Below are positions 62,117 to 64,000 of a stretch of DNA of 64,000 bases, piece after piece (position 1 is the stretch's first letter; each line of letters opens with the position of its first letter). The notes under the pieces are model-generated. The model saw nothing but the letters and a program-made list of their open reading frames with translations. It was not told where the DNA came from and ran no database searches. The translations under genes were made by a program, and so were the position numbers. The stretch comes from Selaginella moellendorffii (taxonomy: Eukaryota > Plantae > Lycopodiophyta), in assembly GCF_000143415.4 (NCBI RefSeq), contig NW_003314355.1, positions 143,410-207,409 of the forward strand, written 5' to 3'.

Positions 62117-63896
62117 TGATCGTGCATCATCTGTAGCAACGTTAATGCATTGTGGCGCATCATGGATGTCCAAACTCCCAATTGCAAATTGAACCCGGCC
62201 CTCTGTTTTAAGTGTCGCATGGTCATTATTAGATCCCGCAGTTTCTCCCGTGTGATTAATGTGAATCTGTCTCTTTTGACCAACTTGCGACCGCAGGCTT
62301 TGGAGGGTGCAGTGACATTCGAGGACGAGCCACGCTCATGGGAGAAAAGGACACCGTTCAGATCAAAAACGATATAGTACTTTCGCCGTGACTCTGAAAT
62401 GAAATGCGTCAGCATGAAAAATGGTACAAGTCAATTTTACCATCTACAATATTAGCGAATGGTGCTCCCGATGGTCGTTCAGAAGGTTTTGGTCGAGGAA
62501 ACGTGAAGGGCGGAAATACTCTCCTCTGCAATGTGGGGTCAATCGCATCCGATGGCGTGTGGGCACATGCCATTTCAGCTGTAGACTCTGGTACAACTGG
62601 CTCAACAGTGGCATGGGGTGGTTCCGATGGCGTGTGATCACACGCCATTTCAGCTGGTGCCTCCGTTGGCAAAGTGGACATGACCGAACAGGCAGCAGGG
62701 GCGGTGTAGGGAGGTTCCAACGGCGCGTAGTCAGACGATTGGGCACACGTTGGAAATGAGGATACGACTGGCTCGGCGGCTGGGGCGGCCTCATGCGGGT
62801 CCAATGGCGCCTAGTCACCGTCAGTTGGATACGTGGACAAGATTGACTCAGTGGTATGGGCAGCATCAAGTGGAGCGTGGTCAGCTTGCTTGGCGTTGAT
62901 ATGGATAGTAGCCTCCACCAGCTCTGATGACTCTTGCAGGCAAGTAGAGTCCACTGGCGGATCCATATGCATGTCCAAATATCTCCCTTCGATTGAGATG
63001 GTATCATCCCGTGCTACTAAAAACAAACTCATTAGCACATTGAATCGACTATACTGTATTTACCATCAACTGCTATTGAGGAACTAGGACCGATATCACT
63101 TGGGCGCACTGCTGATTCTGAAGGATTGGACATACGTTTCGACCCTTGCTTGGCACTATCCTTCCTCGACACTAAAGGCTAGAGTTTGTATCTTAATTCA
63201 ACTGAATAATCTCTACTTACCATTGCTTCTGCGACCTACATAGACAATGTTAGAAATGGTAAAAGGTTAGGAATGGATGTACTATTATTTACCTGATGGT
63301 TTGTCTTGTATGACCTTCCTCCGCTGCTCTTTGGCCACCTCAGGCTGGCCATCGTCGTCATCATCGTCATCGTCGTTATTGTGATCGTCACCATTGTGAG
63401 GACCATCCAAGTCCTCTTCGTCCTCCTCTTCTTCATCCTCCTCTTCTTCGTCCTCCTCTTCTTTGTCCTCCTCTTCGTCCTTCTGCTCTTCCTGCTCATT
63501 ATCTTTCTCTGGCTCCTCATCCCCCTCTTGCATTTCTTCCATAGGCTGCTCAGGCTGGATGGCTTGTTTTTCCAAGACCATCTTGGGAAAATCATCTGGC
63601 CGAGTCTCCATCTCAAAATACAAGACATCCATAGCCTGTTTTAGTGCGTGACCTAGGACCGTATCCTCACCCGACTGTCTTAACATGGTTTCTGCACGTT
63701 CTTGCACCCTTCGAAGACGACGAGATGAGAAAAACGTGGCCCTGACTTGAAAAGCATCCCTCATCCATTGTACCTCTCCATTGAGATTGGGGAAGGGGAG
63801 TCCGCCATAGGAATCTGAGTCAGAAGGTGGTGACTGGCTCCTTTCACTCAGCCCTTGATCTGCAATGAATGGCATGAGCACACACGCCATAACCAC
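62117..63896 (-). pseudogene. Intron-containing gene with acidic N-terminal region and FCP1/NIF-like HAD domain, truncated by rDNA
   Basis: YYIVFDLNGVLF...LGVWTSMMRHNA motif; GT-AG introns predicted at 63236-63292, 63172-63220, 63084-63135, ~63014-63063 and 62394-62440; in-frame TAG at 62811-62813. Confidence 0.65.
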
Positions 63897-64000
63897 GAGG
63901 CATTACCTATCATCTTTTCGTTGCCCTTCTTCCTTTTCGAATCAAACGCCTCTGATCCCGACGACTGTCCAACGTGCTTTCGCTTTTTATGACCACTGTC

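Overview
Eukaryotic land-plant genomic DNA. Plant TTTAGGG repeats, a 5S gene linked inside the 45S spacer, ~50-nt introns and an endonuclease-less Penelope element suggest a lycophyte such as Selaginella (inference). The window holds about two decaying 45S rDNA units on the minus strand (18S-ITS1-5.8S-ITS2-26S, with ETS/IGS subrepeats and one 5S gene) colonised by several retroelement systems. (1) A tandem pair of endonuclease-deficient Penelope-like elements is fused by microhomology to a broken 26S gene. (2) A non-coding LTR family (nested full-length copy, deleted copy, solo LTR, fragment) has LTRs carrying a near-exact copy of the putative rDNA RNA polymerase I core promoter. (3) Two diverged full-length L1/Tx1-type LINEs sit antisense at the same 16-bp 26S site, distinct from the R1/R2 sites. 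(4) A non-coding element sharing the LINE 3' tail ends at that same site. ITS1 of both units contains a 55-bp piece of 5S rRNA. The array ends at 62116, abutting a truncated, intron-rich FCP1/NIF-like HAD-domain pseudogene. Novelty statements are to my knowledge only; no database searches were run.
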